Source of the DNA: Gemmatimonadota bacterium
GTDB lineage: Bacteria; 4572-55; J002
DNA: 41,503 nt
Direction: 5' to 3'
NCBI GenBank assembly: GCA_003697105.1
Contig: RFFQ01000046.1
Location: 1-41,503, forward strand
Shown: positions 14,945 through 23,228 of the stretch, piece after piece
Layout: each line of letters opens with the position of its first letter
Position numbering within the stretch: position 1 is the first letter of the stretch
Notes under the pieces: generated by a model
Told to the model about the DNA's origin: nothing
The model's database searches: none
Seen by the model: only the letters and a program-made list of their open reading frames with translations
Program-made: the position numbers and the translations under genes

Positions 14945-15113
14945 GTTCCTCCATGTGAACTTATTACTTTTGGAGGAACAAACGTATGATGCAGCGTCAG
15001 TTTTGGGCAATATCATCAAATCGGATCGTACAAAATCTGGCAAATAGCGCTATAAGTGTCATACCTGCGGCACGATTTTTTATCGACGCCGGAAGAGCGA
15101 AGCCAGAGAATAG
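14945..15113 (+). pseudogene. Decayed IS1-like transposase N-terminal zinc-ribbon fragment
   Basis: Frame from 15006 reads GNIIKSDRTKSGK*RYKCHTCGTIFYRRRKSE, matching the InsA-type K.G.T..GKQRY.C..C motif with a stop at 15045-15047. Upstream 9-bp inverted repeat GTTCCTCCA/TGGAGGAAC (14945-14979) covers a GGAGG. Confidence 0.6.
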
Positions 15114-15200
15114 AAACAGAGAACTCCCGCGATAGCGGCAACACTGGTAAACAGATAGATTCTCGCATAACGACCAAATGAAAAAACGTAATAAATTTAT

Positions 15201-15213
15201 TATCAATATGTTA
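15201..15213 (+). promoter_or_regulatory. IHF-consensus site
   Basis: TATCAATATGTTA fits WATCAA-N4-TTR, preceded by an AT tract. Confidence 0.45.
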
Positions 15214-15272
15214 CAAATAATGTAGGCATTTTTACCACTGACCACCCATTCTCCCCTCCCACCAGAGGTGTA

Positions 15273-15301
15273 TTGACTGTATTTTCACTTTATGTTATTA
15301 T
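15273..15301 (+). promoter_or_regulatory. Sigma-70-type promoter for the dxr operon
   Basis: TTGACT-N17-TATTAT with extended -10 TG. Confidence 0.65.
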
Positions 15302-15370
15302 CTCTTCCATCATCACGAAGACGGGTTGCGGTACAAACACCAGACATACGGAATTTTAAAGGATAGAAAC

Positions 15371-16513
15371 ATGAAACGGGTTTGCATTTTAGGTTCGACG
15401 GGGTCGATTGGAGTCAATAGCTTGAAAGTAATCAAGCAGTTTGAAGGAGAGATGGAGGTTGTCGCACTATCGTGCTACCAAAATATCACTAAACTGGCGG
15501 AACAAGTTGAAAAGTACCGTCCGCAACAAGTTGCCATTGTCGATTCGAGCAAAATAAGCGCATTTAAGGCACGATGCCGTGTACCCGTGGAAGTGCTTTC
15601 TGGCGTGGATGGCTTAGTAGAAATAGTGAAAAACCCTGATATAAATACAATTATCACTGCCGTGGTTGGTGCAGCAGGTCTCCTCCCTACAATTCGGGGC
15701 ATCCAAGAAAGCAAAAACATCGCCATTGCGAATAAAGAGACCTTGGTTATCGCCGGGGAGTTAGTGATGCAGGAAGCCCGCCGGCATGGGGTCTCGTTAC
15801 TCCCTGTCGATAGTGAACACAGTGCCATTCACCAATGTTTGCATCACCGCCAACCGGACGAAATTCAAAAACTGATTCTGACGGCATCCGGGGGACCCTT
15901 CCGAACCCTACCGGCAACAGATTTTGAGAAGATCACCGTTGAAGATGCACTAAATCACCCCACGTGGAACATGGGCGCTAAAATCACAATTGATAGTGCC
16001 ACCCTGATGAATAAGGGTCTGGAGGTCATTGAAGCACACTGGCTATTCGGCGTTGATGTGGATCGTGTGGAAGTGTTGGTACATCCCCAATCGATCATCC
16101 ATTCCATGGTTGAATTTGTGGACGGCTCAATTATGGCTCAACTCGGCTCACCGGACATGAAATTGCCGATCCAGTATGCCTTGACTTACCCTTATCATCG
16201 GGCACCGGCCTCCATCACCACCGATTTTGTCCAGTTGGGGCAACTCACCTTTGAAGCCCCCGATATGGATCGATTTCCCTGCTTACGGTTAGCCTATGAA
16301 GCCGCCCGAGCCGGTGGCACCTTCCCCGCCGTGCTGAATGCCGCAAATGAAATCGCCGTAAATGCCTTTTTAAACCGGCAGATTCGCTTTATCGAAATCC
16401 CCCAATTGATTGAAACCACGATGAAGGCACACCAAAACCATGCCCACCCCACCCTAGCGGAAATCCTACATGCCGACCAGTGGGCACGGGATTTTACCCA
16501 GCAAACCATTTGA
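15371..16513 (+). CDS. dxr: 1-deoxy-D-xylulose-5-phosphate reductoisomerase
   Basis: ILGSTGSIG, IANKETLV, LPVDSEHSAI, LTASGGPFR, HPTWNMGAKITIDSATLMNKGLEVIEA motifs; ATG 15371 preceded by AAGGA. Confidence 0.98.
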   Translation: MKRVCILGSTGSIGVNSLKVIKQFEGEMEVVALSCYQNITKLAEQVEKYRPQQVAIVDSSKISAFKARCRVPVEVLSGVDGLVEIVKNPDINTIITAVVGAAGLLPTIRGIQESKNIAIANKETLVIAGELVMQEARRHGVSLLPVDSEHSAIHQCLHHRQPDEIQKLILTASGGPFRTLPATDFEKITVEDALNHPTWNMGAKITIDSATLMNKGLEVIEAHWLFGVDVDRVEVLVHPQSIIHSMVEFVDGSIMAQLGSPDMKLPIQYALTYPYHRAPASITTDFVQLGQLTFEAPDMDRFPCLRLAYEAARAGGTFPAVLNAANEIAVNAFLNRQIRFIEIPQLIETTMKAHQNHAHPTLAEILHADQWARDFTQQTI

Positions 16514-16526
16514 CAAATACCGGCTG

Positions 16527-17291
16527 ATGAACGATATTCTCCATCCCATAGACAGCGAACGCCATCCCGAACGTCCGCAACCGGAAATCCACTACCGTAC
16601 CAGTTGGGCAGATCGCCTACCGGTAGCGTTTGCCCACATTATCGGGGCGATACTGATTTCCGGCAGTGTCATGTTAGGGTGGGTGATGTTAGGAACACTG
16701 TTCCGCTTTCCGGTGCTATCACTTCTGTTTGATAGCATTTTCGCCGGAAGCCTAGCCGTTTCCTTCTTTTTAGTGCTTCGGGGAATCGCTTTTTTAGGGG
16801 AAACCCTCTCCTTCCGGTTAGATGACCGGCGGTTGCGCATTCAAGTGGAACTATTCGGCAAAGCGGTGGCGTTTAAAGCCGTGCCACTCCGCACCATAAC
16901 CGGTATTCACCGCCAAAATTCCGGTGATTATACCGAAAATATAACCGACCTGCTTGAATCCGCGGTGAATTTCATCCTCCGGCGGCGCAGTTATGTGGAG
17001 ATCGAAATTCAGAAACGACTTTCCCGCAATCCGGTCGTTTCGCGGGAGATGCACCAAGCGTATTTTCAACCGGAAGTGGACTTACCTACCGGTAGCCGCT
17101 TGGTGATTCAAACGACAGAGGGCATGATCAGCATTCCCAAAAGTACAACCCATTTTAAGACCTATCAGGCATTGGAAATGCGGTTGCTCGGGCAAAAAAC
17201 CACCCCCCCACCAACCCCCCCAGAGGCGACCAAAGCGGTAGATGAAGCGCAATTTCGGGTGATTATGCCCGACGAATACGAAAACGAATAG
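16527..17291 (+). CDS. Hypothetical membrane protein (two TM helices plus soluble domain)
   Basis: ORF fills the gap between dxr and the next gene; two hydrophobic stretches; ATG 16527 chosen to avoid overlap with dxr. Confidence 0.75.
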   Translation: MNDILHPIDSERHPERPQPEIHYRTSWADRLPVAFAHIIGAILISGSVMLGWVMLGTLFRFPVLSLLFDSIFAGSLAVSFFLVLRGIAFLGETLSFRLDDRRLRIQVELFGKAVAFKAVPLRTITGIHRQNSGDYTENITDLLESAVNFILRRRSYVEIEIQKRLSRNPVVSREMHQAYFQPEVDLPTGSRLVIQTTEGMISIPKSTTHFKTYQALEMRLLGQKTTPPPTPPEATKAVDEAQFRVIMPDEYENE

Positions 17292-17304
17292 AAAGGATAG
17301 AAAT

Positions 17305-18345
17305 ATGCAAGTGATTCGCATCCACGAAACCGGCAGCCCCGGCGTATTACGTTGTGAAGAGATCGATCCTCCCGTAATTCGCCCCGATCAAGTTTTGGTA
17401 CGTATCAAAGCCACCGCCATTAACCATTTGGATATTTGGATCCGGAAAGGTATCCCGAAAGTCCCCCTACCCATGATTTTAGGCAGTGATGCGGCCGGAA
17501 CAATTGCCGAAGTCGGCTCCGCGGTGCACGGATGGAACGTGGGTAACGACGTGGTATTGCAACCGGCAGTCAGTTGTGGGCGGTGTGAATCCTGCCTAAA
17601 AGGACGCGATAATTTCTGTGCACACTATGAAATCCGTGGGGAACAGGTGAACGGGTTCAATGCCGAATATGTAGCGGTCTCGCCGGCAGATATGATTCCC
17701 AAACCCCCATCAATTGCCTATGAAGAAGCCGCCGCCATCCCCCTTGCCTTTATGACCGCTTGGGAAATGCTCATCCGTAAGGCGCAACTCCAACCCGGAC
17801 AAACCGTACTCATCTGGGGGGCGGGGAGTGGGGTCGGAAGTTCCGCTTTGCAAATCGCTAAATTATGCGGCGCCTACATCATTGCCACCGCCGGTAGTAA
17901 AACCAAACTGAAACAAGCGAAAGCGCTCGGTGCCCACCACGTTATTCATCATTATGAACACGATGTGAGTGCCGAAGTCAAAAAAATAACCAACCGGCGC
18001 GGGGTCGATGTGGTTGTAGAACATGTCGGACAAGCCACGTGGAATCAGAGTCTAAAATGCCTAGCGAAAGGAGGGAAACTGGTTACCTGCGGCGCGACCA
18101 CGGGCTATGATGTCAAGATTGACCTGCGCTTCCTCTTTTTCAAACAGCACCAAATCCTCGGCTCAACAATGGGGTCCCGCGGAGATTTACACCAAATTAT
18201 AAAACTCGTGGAACACGGTCATTTCAAAGGCATTGTGGACCGGATATTTCCGTTCGATCAAGTCGCTAATGCCCACCAATATGTAGAGGATAAACACCAT
18301 TTTGGCAAAGTCGTTCTTATCCCGAACAGCCAATTCTCATCTTAA
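17305..18345 (+). CDS. Zinc-binding alcohol dehydrogenase/quinone oxidoreductase (MDR family)
   Basis: AINHLD, ILGSDAAG, CGRCESCLKGRDNFC structural Zn site, GAGSGVG nucleotide-binding loop. Confidence 0.93.
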   Translation: MQVIRIHETGSPGVLRCEEIDPPVIRPDQVLVRIKATAINHLDIWIRKGIPKVPLPMILGSDAAGTIAEVGSAVHGWNVGNDVVLQPAVSCGRCESCLKGRDNFCAHYEIRGEQVNGFNAEYVAVSPADMIPKPPSIAYEEAAAIPLAFMTAWEMLIRKAQLQPGQTVLIWGAGSGVGSSALQIAKLCGAYIIATAGSKTKLKQAKALGAHHVIHHYEHDVSAEVKKITNRRGVDVVVEHVGQATWNQSLKCLAKGGKLVTCGATTGYDVKIDLRFLFFKQHQILGSTMGSRGDLHQIIKLVEHGHFKGIVDRIFPFDQVANAHQYVEDKHHFGKVVLIPNSQFSS

Positions 18346-18368
18346 TCATGTTAGAAATGAAGGATAAT

Positions 18369-19010
18369 ATGCAAGCAAATTCTAAAGCTACGTTCAAAAA
18401 AGCGATTACAAAGGAGGAAATCAACCAACTCCCGCTGGGGCAATATTCCGGAAAAATTCATCTGATCCGCCGTGTTGAAGACGTTCAAGATGCCGTGAAA
18501 CAGCTCCAGCAGGAGACTGTGCTCGGATTCGATACCGAAACGAAGCCGTCTTTCAAAAAAGGGGTCAGCCATTTACCGGCACTGTTGCAACTTGCCGGCA
18601 GTAAGGCGGTCTATATCTTTCAGATTAAGTTGATTCAATTACCCCCACCCCTGCGGGAAATTTTATCAAACCCGAATATTATCAAAACCGGGGTAGCGCT
18701 GGATCATGACATCCAAAAATTACAAGAAATCGCTCCTTTTTTTGATGCCGGTTTTGTCGATCTTCGCACGATTGCTGAGCAAATTGGGATTAAACATACC
18801 GGATTGCGGAGTTTAGCGGCAAATTTACTGGGTTTTCGGGTTTCCAAAAGTGCACAACTTTCTAATTGGGCACGGGAGGAATTATCTCAAAATCAAATTA
18901 TATATGCCGCTACGGATGCCTGGGTCAGCCGGGAATTATATCTGGTTTTTCGCGATCAGCTCAAAGCCAATATTCCGGTAAATGGCTCGGTGGCACTCCG
19001 GCGGTACTAA
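18369..19010 (+). CDS. 3'-5' exonuclease (DEDDy, WRN/RNase D-like)
   Basis: LGFDTETKP, LLQLA, SNW...YAATDAW motifs; start 18369 or 18348. Confidence 0.92.
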   Translation: MQANSKATFKKAITKEEINQLPLGQYSGKIHLIRRVEDVQDAVKQLQQETVLGFDTETKPSFKKGVSHLPALLQLAGSKAVYIFQIKLIQLPPPLREILSNPNIIKTGVALDHDIQKLQEIAPFFDAGFVDLRTIAEQIGIKHTGLRSLAANLLGFRVSKSAQLSNWAREELSQNQIIYAATDAWVSRELYLVFRDQLKANIPVNGSVALRRY

Positions 19011-19048
19011 ACCCTAAATCCTGAAACCCTAATCCCTAAACCCTGAAA
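19008..19048 (+). repeat. Short degenerate 7/8-mer tandem repeat
   Basis: TAAACCC TAAATCC TGAAACCC TAATCCC TAAACCC TGAAA fills the intergenic space. Confidence 0.75.
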
Positions 19049-20134
19049 ATGATCGAACCCACCGGCGGATCATACCTGCTCCTTGCCATTTACCTTGCAT
19101 TTACGGTTGGATTTTCCTTTCTGTGCTCGATTTTAGAAGCTGTGTTGCTTTCAACCTCGTTTTCCCATGTTGAAATTTTGATTGAGAATGGGCGCCAGTC
19201 CGGTAAATTGATGCGCCACCATAAACAGAATATTGAGCAAGCTATATCTGCCATCCTGACCGTGAATACCGTAGCAAATACGGCGGGTGCAACCCTCGTT
19301 GGTGCGGAAGCCATGAAGATTTACGGTCATGGCATGGCGATTATTTCGATCATTCTTACGTTTACCATTCTCGTATTTTCAGAAATTATCCCGAAAACAC
19401 TTGGTGCGGTTTACTGGAAACAGATTTCGCCATTTGCGGCGTATGCCATCTGGATAATGGTAGGGATTTTTTATCCCTTCGTATGGGCATTCCAGCGTTT
19501 GGCGGGACTCCTAACCCCGAACCAACCGACCCCCACGATCACCCGTACAGAATTAACGACACTGGCGCGGATCGGTCAGATGGAGGGCACATTGCACGAA
19601 AAAGAACACCGGATATTGCGAAATCTGCTCCGGCTACATTCGATTCAAGTCAGCGATATTATGACGCCCCGCACCGTCCTGTTTGCCCTACCGGAAGAGA
19701 TGACGATCGCGGAAGTATTAAAAGAACACCCGCGGCTGACGTACTCTCGCATCCCCATCTATGCCGGAAATGTGGATCATATCACCGGCTTTGTGCTCCG
19801 GTTTGATATTTTCTCTGAAATCACCCAACAAAACACCGAAAAACCCCTGAAAGAACTCAAACGCGAAATTCATGTCATTCCAGAAATGGTCAGTGTGGAC
19901 CGGGTTTTGGAAGCGTTTTCAGAACGTGGGGATCATATCTTTTGGGTGGTGGATGAATACGGCGGTACCGCCGGTATCATTACCCTAGAAGACGCCTTGG
20001 AATGCTTGCTCGGCATGGAGATCGTCGATGAATCCGATACCGTAACCGATATGCGGGAACTGGCGCGGAAGCGTCACTTACGCCGGTTACAAACCTTGAA
20101 AAAAATGAATGAAGTCCAACAAACGCCACCTTGA
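19049..20134 (+). CDS. CNNM (DUF21) + CBS-pair membrane protein, CorC/HlyC family
   Basis: SFLCSILEAVLLS, FSEIIPKTLG, IMTPR, YSRIPIY, VVDEYGGTAGIITLED. Confidence 0.93.
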   Translation: MIEPTGGSYLLLAIYLAFTVGFSFLCSILEAVLLSTSFSHVEILIENGRQSGKLMRHHKQNIEQAISAILTVNTVANTAGATLVGAEAMKIYGHGMAIISIILTFTILVFSEIIPKTLGAVYWKQISPFAAYAIWIMVGIFYPFVWAFQRLAGLLTPNQPTPTITRTELTTLARIGQMEGTLHEKEHRILRNLLRLHSIQVSDIMTPRTVLFALPEEMTIAEVLKEHPRLTYSRIPIYAGNVDHITGFVLRFDIFSEITQQNTEKPLKELKREIHVIPEMVSVDRVLEAFSERGDHIFWVVDEYGGTAGIITLEDALECLLGMEIVDESDTVTDMRELARKRHLRRLQTLKKMNEVQQTPP

Positions 20135-20153
20135 ACACTCAATGAGACACACC

Positions 20154-20654
20154 ATGAAACAACTTTACCTGATTCGCCATGCCAAATCCAGTTGGAAAGA
20201 AGCCGGACTGAGGGATTTTGACCGACCCTTGAACCCTCGGGGCGAAACGGATGCACCGTTAGTGGGTTCATGGCTCCATCAACAGGGCATTTTGCCGGAT
20301 GCGATCATCTCCAGCCCCGCCAACCGCGCGATTACGACCGCCCAAAAAATTGCCGCGCAAGTGAACTTTCCCCCGGAACAGATTATCCGCGAACCCGAGA
20401 TTTATGAAGCTGATGTGGAGACCCTCTTCCAGATAATCCGCTTTTTGGATGACGGTGCTCAAACCATCTTTTTAGTCGGGCATAACCCCGGCTTTACCCA
20501 ACTTGCCAATTATTTAGCAGCCGGGCAGGTCACAGGGAATATCCCCACCTGCGGGGTCGTGGCTCTGCAATTCCCGGTGGCGTCATGGCGGAAAATTAGC
20601 CCCCATTCGGGAGAATTGCTCTGGTATTGTACTCCCAAACAGCTCAAAAAATAA
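20154..20654 (+). CDS. sixA: SixA-like histidine phosphatase
   Basis: LYLIRHAKSSW, DFDRPLNPRG, SSPANRA, LVGHNP. Confidence 0.88.
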   Translation: MKQLYLIRHAKSSWKEAGLRDFDRPLNPRGETDAPLVGSWLHQQGILPDAIISSPANRAITTAQKIAAQVNFPPEQIIREPEIYEADVETLFQIIRFLDDGAQTIFLVGHNPGFTQLANYLAAGQVTGNIPTCGVVALQFPVASWRKISPHSGELLWYCTPKQLKK

Positions 20655-20655
20655 A

Positions 20656-20687
20656 ACCCCTCCGGAGATGGACTCCTTGAGGGGGTC
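20656..20687. terminator. Imperfect hairpin between convergent genes, possible bidirectional terminator
   Basis: ACCCCTCCGGAG-ATGGA-CTCCTTGAGGGGGT with an A-run on the left. Confidence 0.45.
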
Positions 20688-20713
20688 TAAATATCCGGTG
20701 CTAATCCAAATGG

Positions 20714-21673
20714 CTATATCGACACCGGCTTGGGAGGAAATAACGTATTCAACCGGGCACGAATCTCTTCCGATAGATTGACCGCTAGGGCACCCAAATT
20801 TTCCTGCAATTGTTCCAATTTTGTGGCTCCCATAATCACGCTACTAACACCTTCCTGAGCAAGTGCCCACGCTAATGCCAATTGAGCACGAGAACATCCC
20901 AACTCATCCGCGATAGTTTTCATCTGCCGCACCGGACTTAAAATATCCTCCTGATACAACCGGTCGCGTAGCCAATCCATCCGCGCCAACCGGGAATCCT
21001 CCGGGATACCGCTATCATATTTGCCGGTTAAAACGCCGGAAGCAAGCGGACTCCAAATCACCGTCCCCATACCCCGCGAACGGACGACCGGTAGTAAATC
21101 CTTCTCAAATTTATATCGAGCCAGTAAACTGTATTGCGGTTGCTCCACTTGGGGGGCATAAAGATTCCGTTTATCGGCAATGCCATGAGCACACTCTAAT
21201 TGGGCGCCAGTCCATTCGCTGGCACCCCAATAGAGAATCTTCCCTTGATGCACCAAATCATCCATCGCCCGGACGGTTTCTTCAATGGGGGTATGCGGGT
21301 CTGGACGGTGGCAAAAATAAATATCCAAATAATCCGTACCGATGCGAGCTAAACTTTTATCAATGGATTCCATAATGTGCTTGCGTGATAACCCCCGGTC
21401 ATTGACATCTTCACTCATGGGGAAATAGACTTTGGAAGAAATGACCAGTTCATGGCGAGGAAAATCCCGTAGAACCTTACCCATCGCCCGTTCGGATTCC
21501 CCTTTGGCATAAATATCAGCAATATCATAAAAATTCACACCGGCATCAAAGGCGGCGTGCAAAATAGTTTTGATCAATTTATGTTCTTTTACGCTTCCGC
21601 CAAATGTGGTCCACCCTCCTAAACTCAATTGACTGACCCGGGTGCCACATTGACCTAAATGATGATACTGCAT
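20714..21673 (-). CDS. Aldo/keto reductase (Kv-beta/Tas-like)
   Basis: SQLSLGGW, YDIADIY..G.SE, GLSRKHIMES, DYLDIYFCHRPD, WSPLASGVLTGKY. Confidence 0.95.
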   Translation of the reverse strand: MQYHHLGQCGTRVSQLSLGGWTTFGGSVKEHKLIKTILHAAFDAGVNFYDIADIYAKGESERAMGKVLRDFPRHELVISSKVYFPMSEDVNDRGLSRKHIMESIDKSLARIGTDYLDIYFCHRPDPHTPIEETVRAMDDLVHQGKILYWGASEWTGAQLECAHGIADKRNLYAPQVEQPQYSLLARYKFEKDLLPVVRSRGMGTVIWSPLASGVLTGKYDSGIPEDSRLARMDWLRDRLYQEDILSPVRQMKTIADELGCSRAQLALAWALAQEGVSSVIMGATKLEQLQENLGALAVNLSEEIRARLNTLFPPKPVSI

Positions 21674-21738
21674 AGCAAAACCTCCCTGATAGTTAGCAGA
21701 TTGTGTGCAAATTTAGCGACATCTTCAAATTTGTAAAG

Positions 21739-23091
21739 TTAAAGTTGGCAAAAGTGGTAAACGATCTCATACAACGTCCGCACCCCGAATTCCAGCGCCC
21801 GGATCGAAATTCGCTCATTATGTCCGTGTACCGTGTTGATCAACCCCGGATTTTCTTCCCACAAGATCGGCGCAAAGCCGTAAACATGCGTCCCCAGTGA
21901 TGCGATGTGCTTGGCATCCGTACCACCGGTAAGGAGCAGGGGTACAACCGTCGCGTCCGGCTGGTGTGTTTTCATTACGGCTGTAATCACCTCAAACAAA
22001 GGTGACTCAACGGGAGCTTCCATCGCCGCACCGTAATCCAGCCATTCTAACGCCACATCCGTGCCCAGCAGGGGTCTAATTTCATGCTCAAAATCAGCGC
22101 GATCAAAACCGGGCAGGATACGCCCATCAACCTGAACGGTGGCTTCGGCAGGAATCACATTGATTTTACTACCCCCGCTCAGGATCGTCGGGGTGGCGGT
22201 GTTCCGTGCCATACTGTTTAGATAACGTTTTTGATAAGGAGTCAACGGCAAGTTGGCCAGCGCGTGGTCAAACTGGTGCGGGTCAAGCAACGTTTGCAGA
22301 CCTTTGGCAAGGTCTGCCGGTTGGGTCGCCGCCACGCGATCAATGTATAAGCGAAAAGTTTCCGTGATGTGGAGGGGCAGAGGGGTATTACCGAGGCGGG
22401 AAATAGTCTCCGCTAGGGTGACGATTGCCATGTTGCGGTGCGGAATGGCACCATGACCCGGATCGCCATGTGCCGTAAGCCGGAAACGAGCAAAACCTTT
22501 TTCCGCCGTCTGGCAGGAATAATAAACCTGATCGCCAATTTTGTATCCACTGCCTCCCCCCTCATTCAAGGCATATTCTGCCTGAATCAATTCCGGGTGA
22601 TGTGTTGCCAGCCAACCCGCACCCAATGCCCCACCGGTTTCTTCATCTGCCGCCGCCATCCAAATCAGGTCCCGTTTCAGCGGGGATTCCCCAGCATCCT
22701 GCGCTCGTTTGAAAAGCACCATCAATACCAACTGCGTGGCAATCAAACTTTTCATATCAATTGCCCCGCGTCCCCAAATGTACCCATCATGGATTTCCCC
22801 TCCGAATGGCGGGTGTGTCCAATGTTCCGGCTCTGCGGGGACAACATCGGTATGCCCCATTAGCAAAAGCGGCGGTTTTTCGCCGGTTCCTTTGAGCCGC
22901 GCCACCAGATTTGCCCGTCCCGGGGCGCTTTCCAAAATTAACGGCTCGTAACCTTCCTCCCGTAAGACATCGCGGAGATATGTTGCCACGCGAATCTCAT
23001 TCCCCGGTGGATTTGTCGTGTTGATTTGAATTAAGCGTTGCAAATGCCGGGTTACATCTTGCCGGACGTGGTGAAAATGTGGCGGGAACAT
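21739..23091 (-). CDS. M20/M25/M40 family metallopeptidase/deacylase
   Basis: GHTDVVP, GRGAIDMK, ADEETGG, NEGG, HGHNERI. Confidence 0.93.
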   Translation of the reverse strand: MFPPHFHHVRQDVTRHLQRLIQINTTNPPGNEIRVATYLRDVLREEGYEPLILESAPGRANLVARLKGTGEKPPLLLMGHTDVVPAEPEHWTHPPFGGEIHDGYIWGRGAIDMKSLIATQLVLMVLFKRAQDAGESPLKRDLIWMAAADEETGGALGAGWLATHHPELIQAEYALNEGGGSGYKIGDQVYYSCQTAEKGFARFRLTAHGDPGHGAIPHRNMAIVTLAETISRLGNTPLPLHITETFRLYIDRVAATQPADLAKGLQTLLDPHQFDHALANLPLTPYQKRYLNSMARNTATPTILSGGSKINVIPAEATVQVDGRILPGFDRADFEHEIRPLLGTDVALEWLDYGAAMEAPVESPLFEVITAVMKTHQPDATVVPLLLTGGTDAKHIASLGTHVYGFAPILWEENPGLINTVHGHNERISIRALEFGVRTLYEIVYHFCQL

Positions 23092-23126
23092 GGGATACCT
23101 TTCCTATCGTCATCAGATAAAGAGAT

Positions 23127-23149
23127 GGCGGAGATGAGCGATCTCCGCC
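23127..23149 (-). terminator. Probable intrinsic terminator
   Basis: GGCGGAGAT-5nt-ATCTCCGCC 9-bp stem, followed on the minus strand by ATCTCTTTAT. Confidence 0.5.
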
Positions 23150-23228
23150 GGTTGCCGGTTATCATGGGTTTCGTGATAAAACCGTCTCGTGTTCAAACAC
23201 CGGTTAAAGCTATACCGCATATCACGTT

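Noticed and set aside
15045-15047. TAG read-through (pyrrolysine or recoding)
   Set aside because: TAG ends several normal genes here and the fragment shows other decay; a nonsense mutation is simpler.
14997-15245. 82 aa minus-strand ORF
   Set aside because: No recognisable motif; it overlaps the transposase relic on the other strand and an AT-rich regulatory region.
15359-17303. Identical AAGGATAGAAA before dxr and the dehydrogenase gene
   Set aside because: Adequately explained as Shine-Dalgarno plus A-rich spacer.
19008-19048. Telomere or eukaryotic contamination, or CRISPR
   Set aside because: Only ~40 bp, degenerate, no spacers, and embedded in a continuous bacterial operon.
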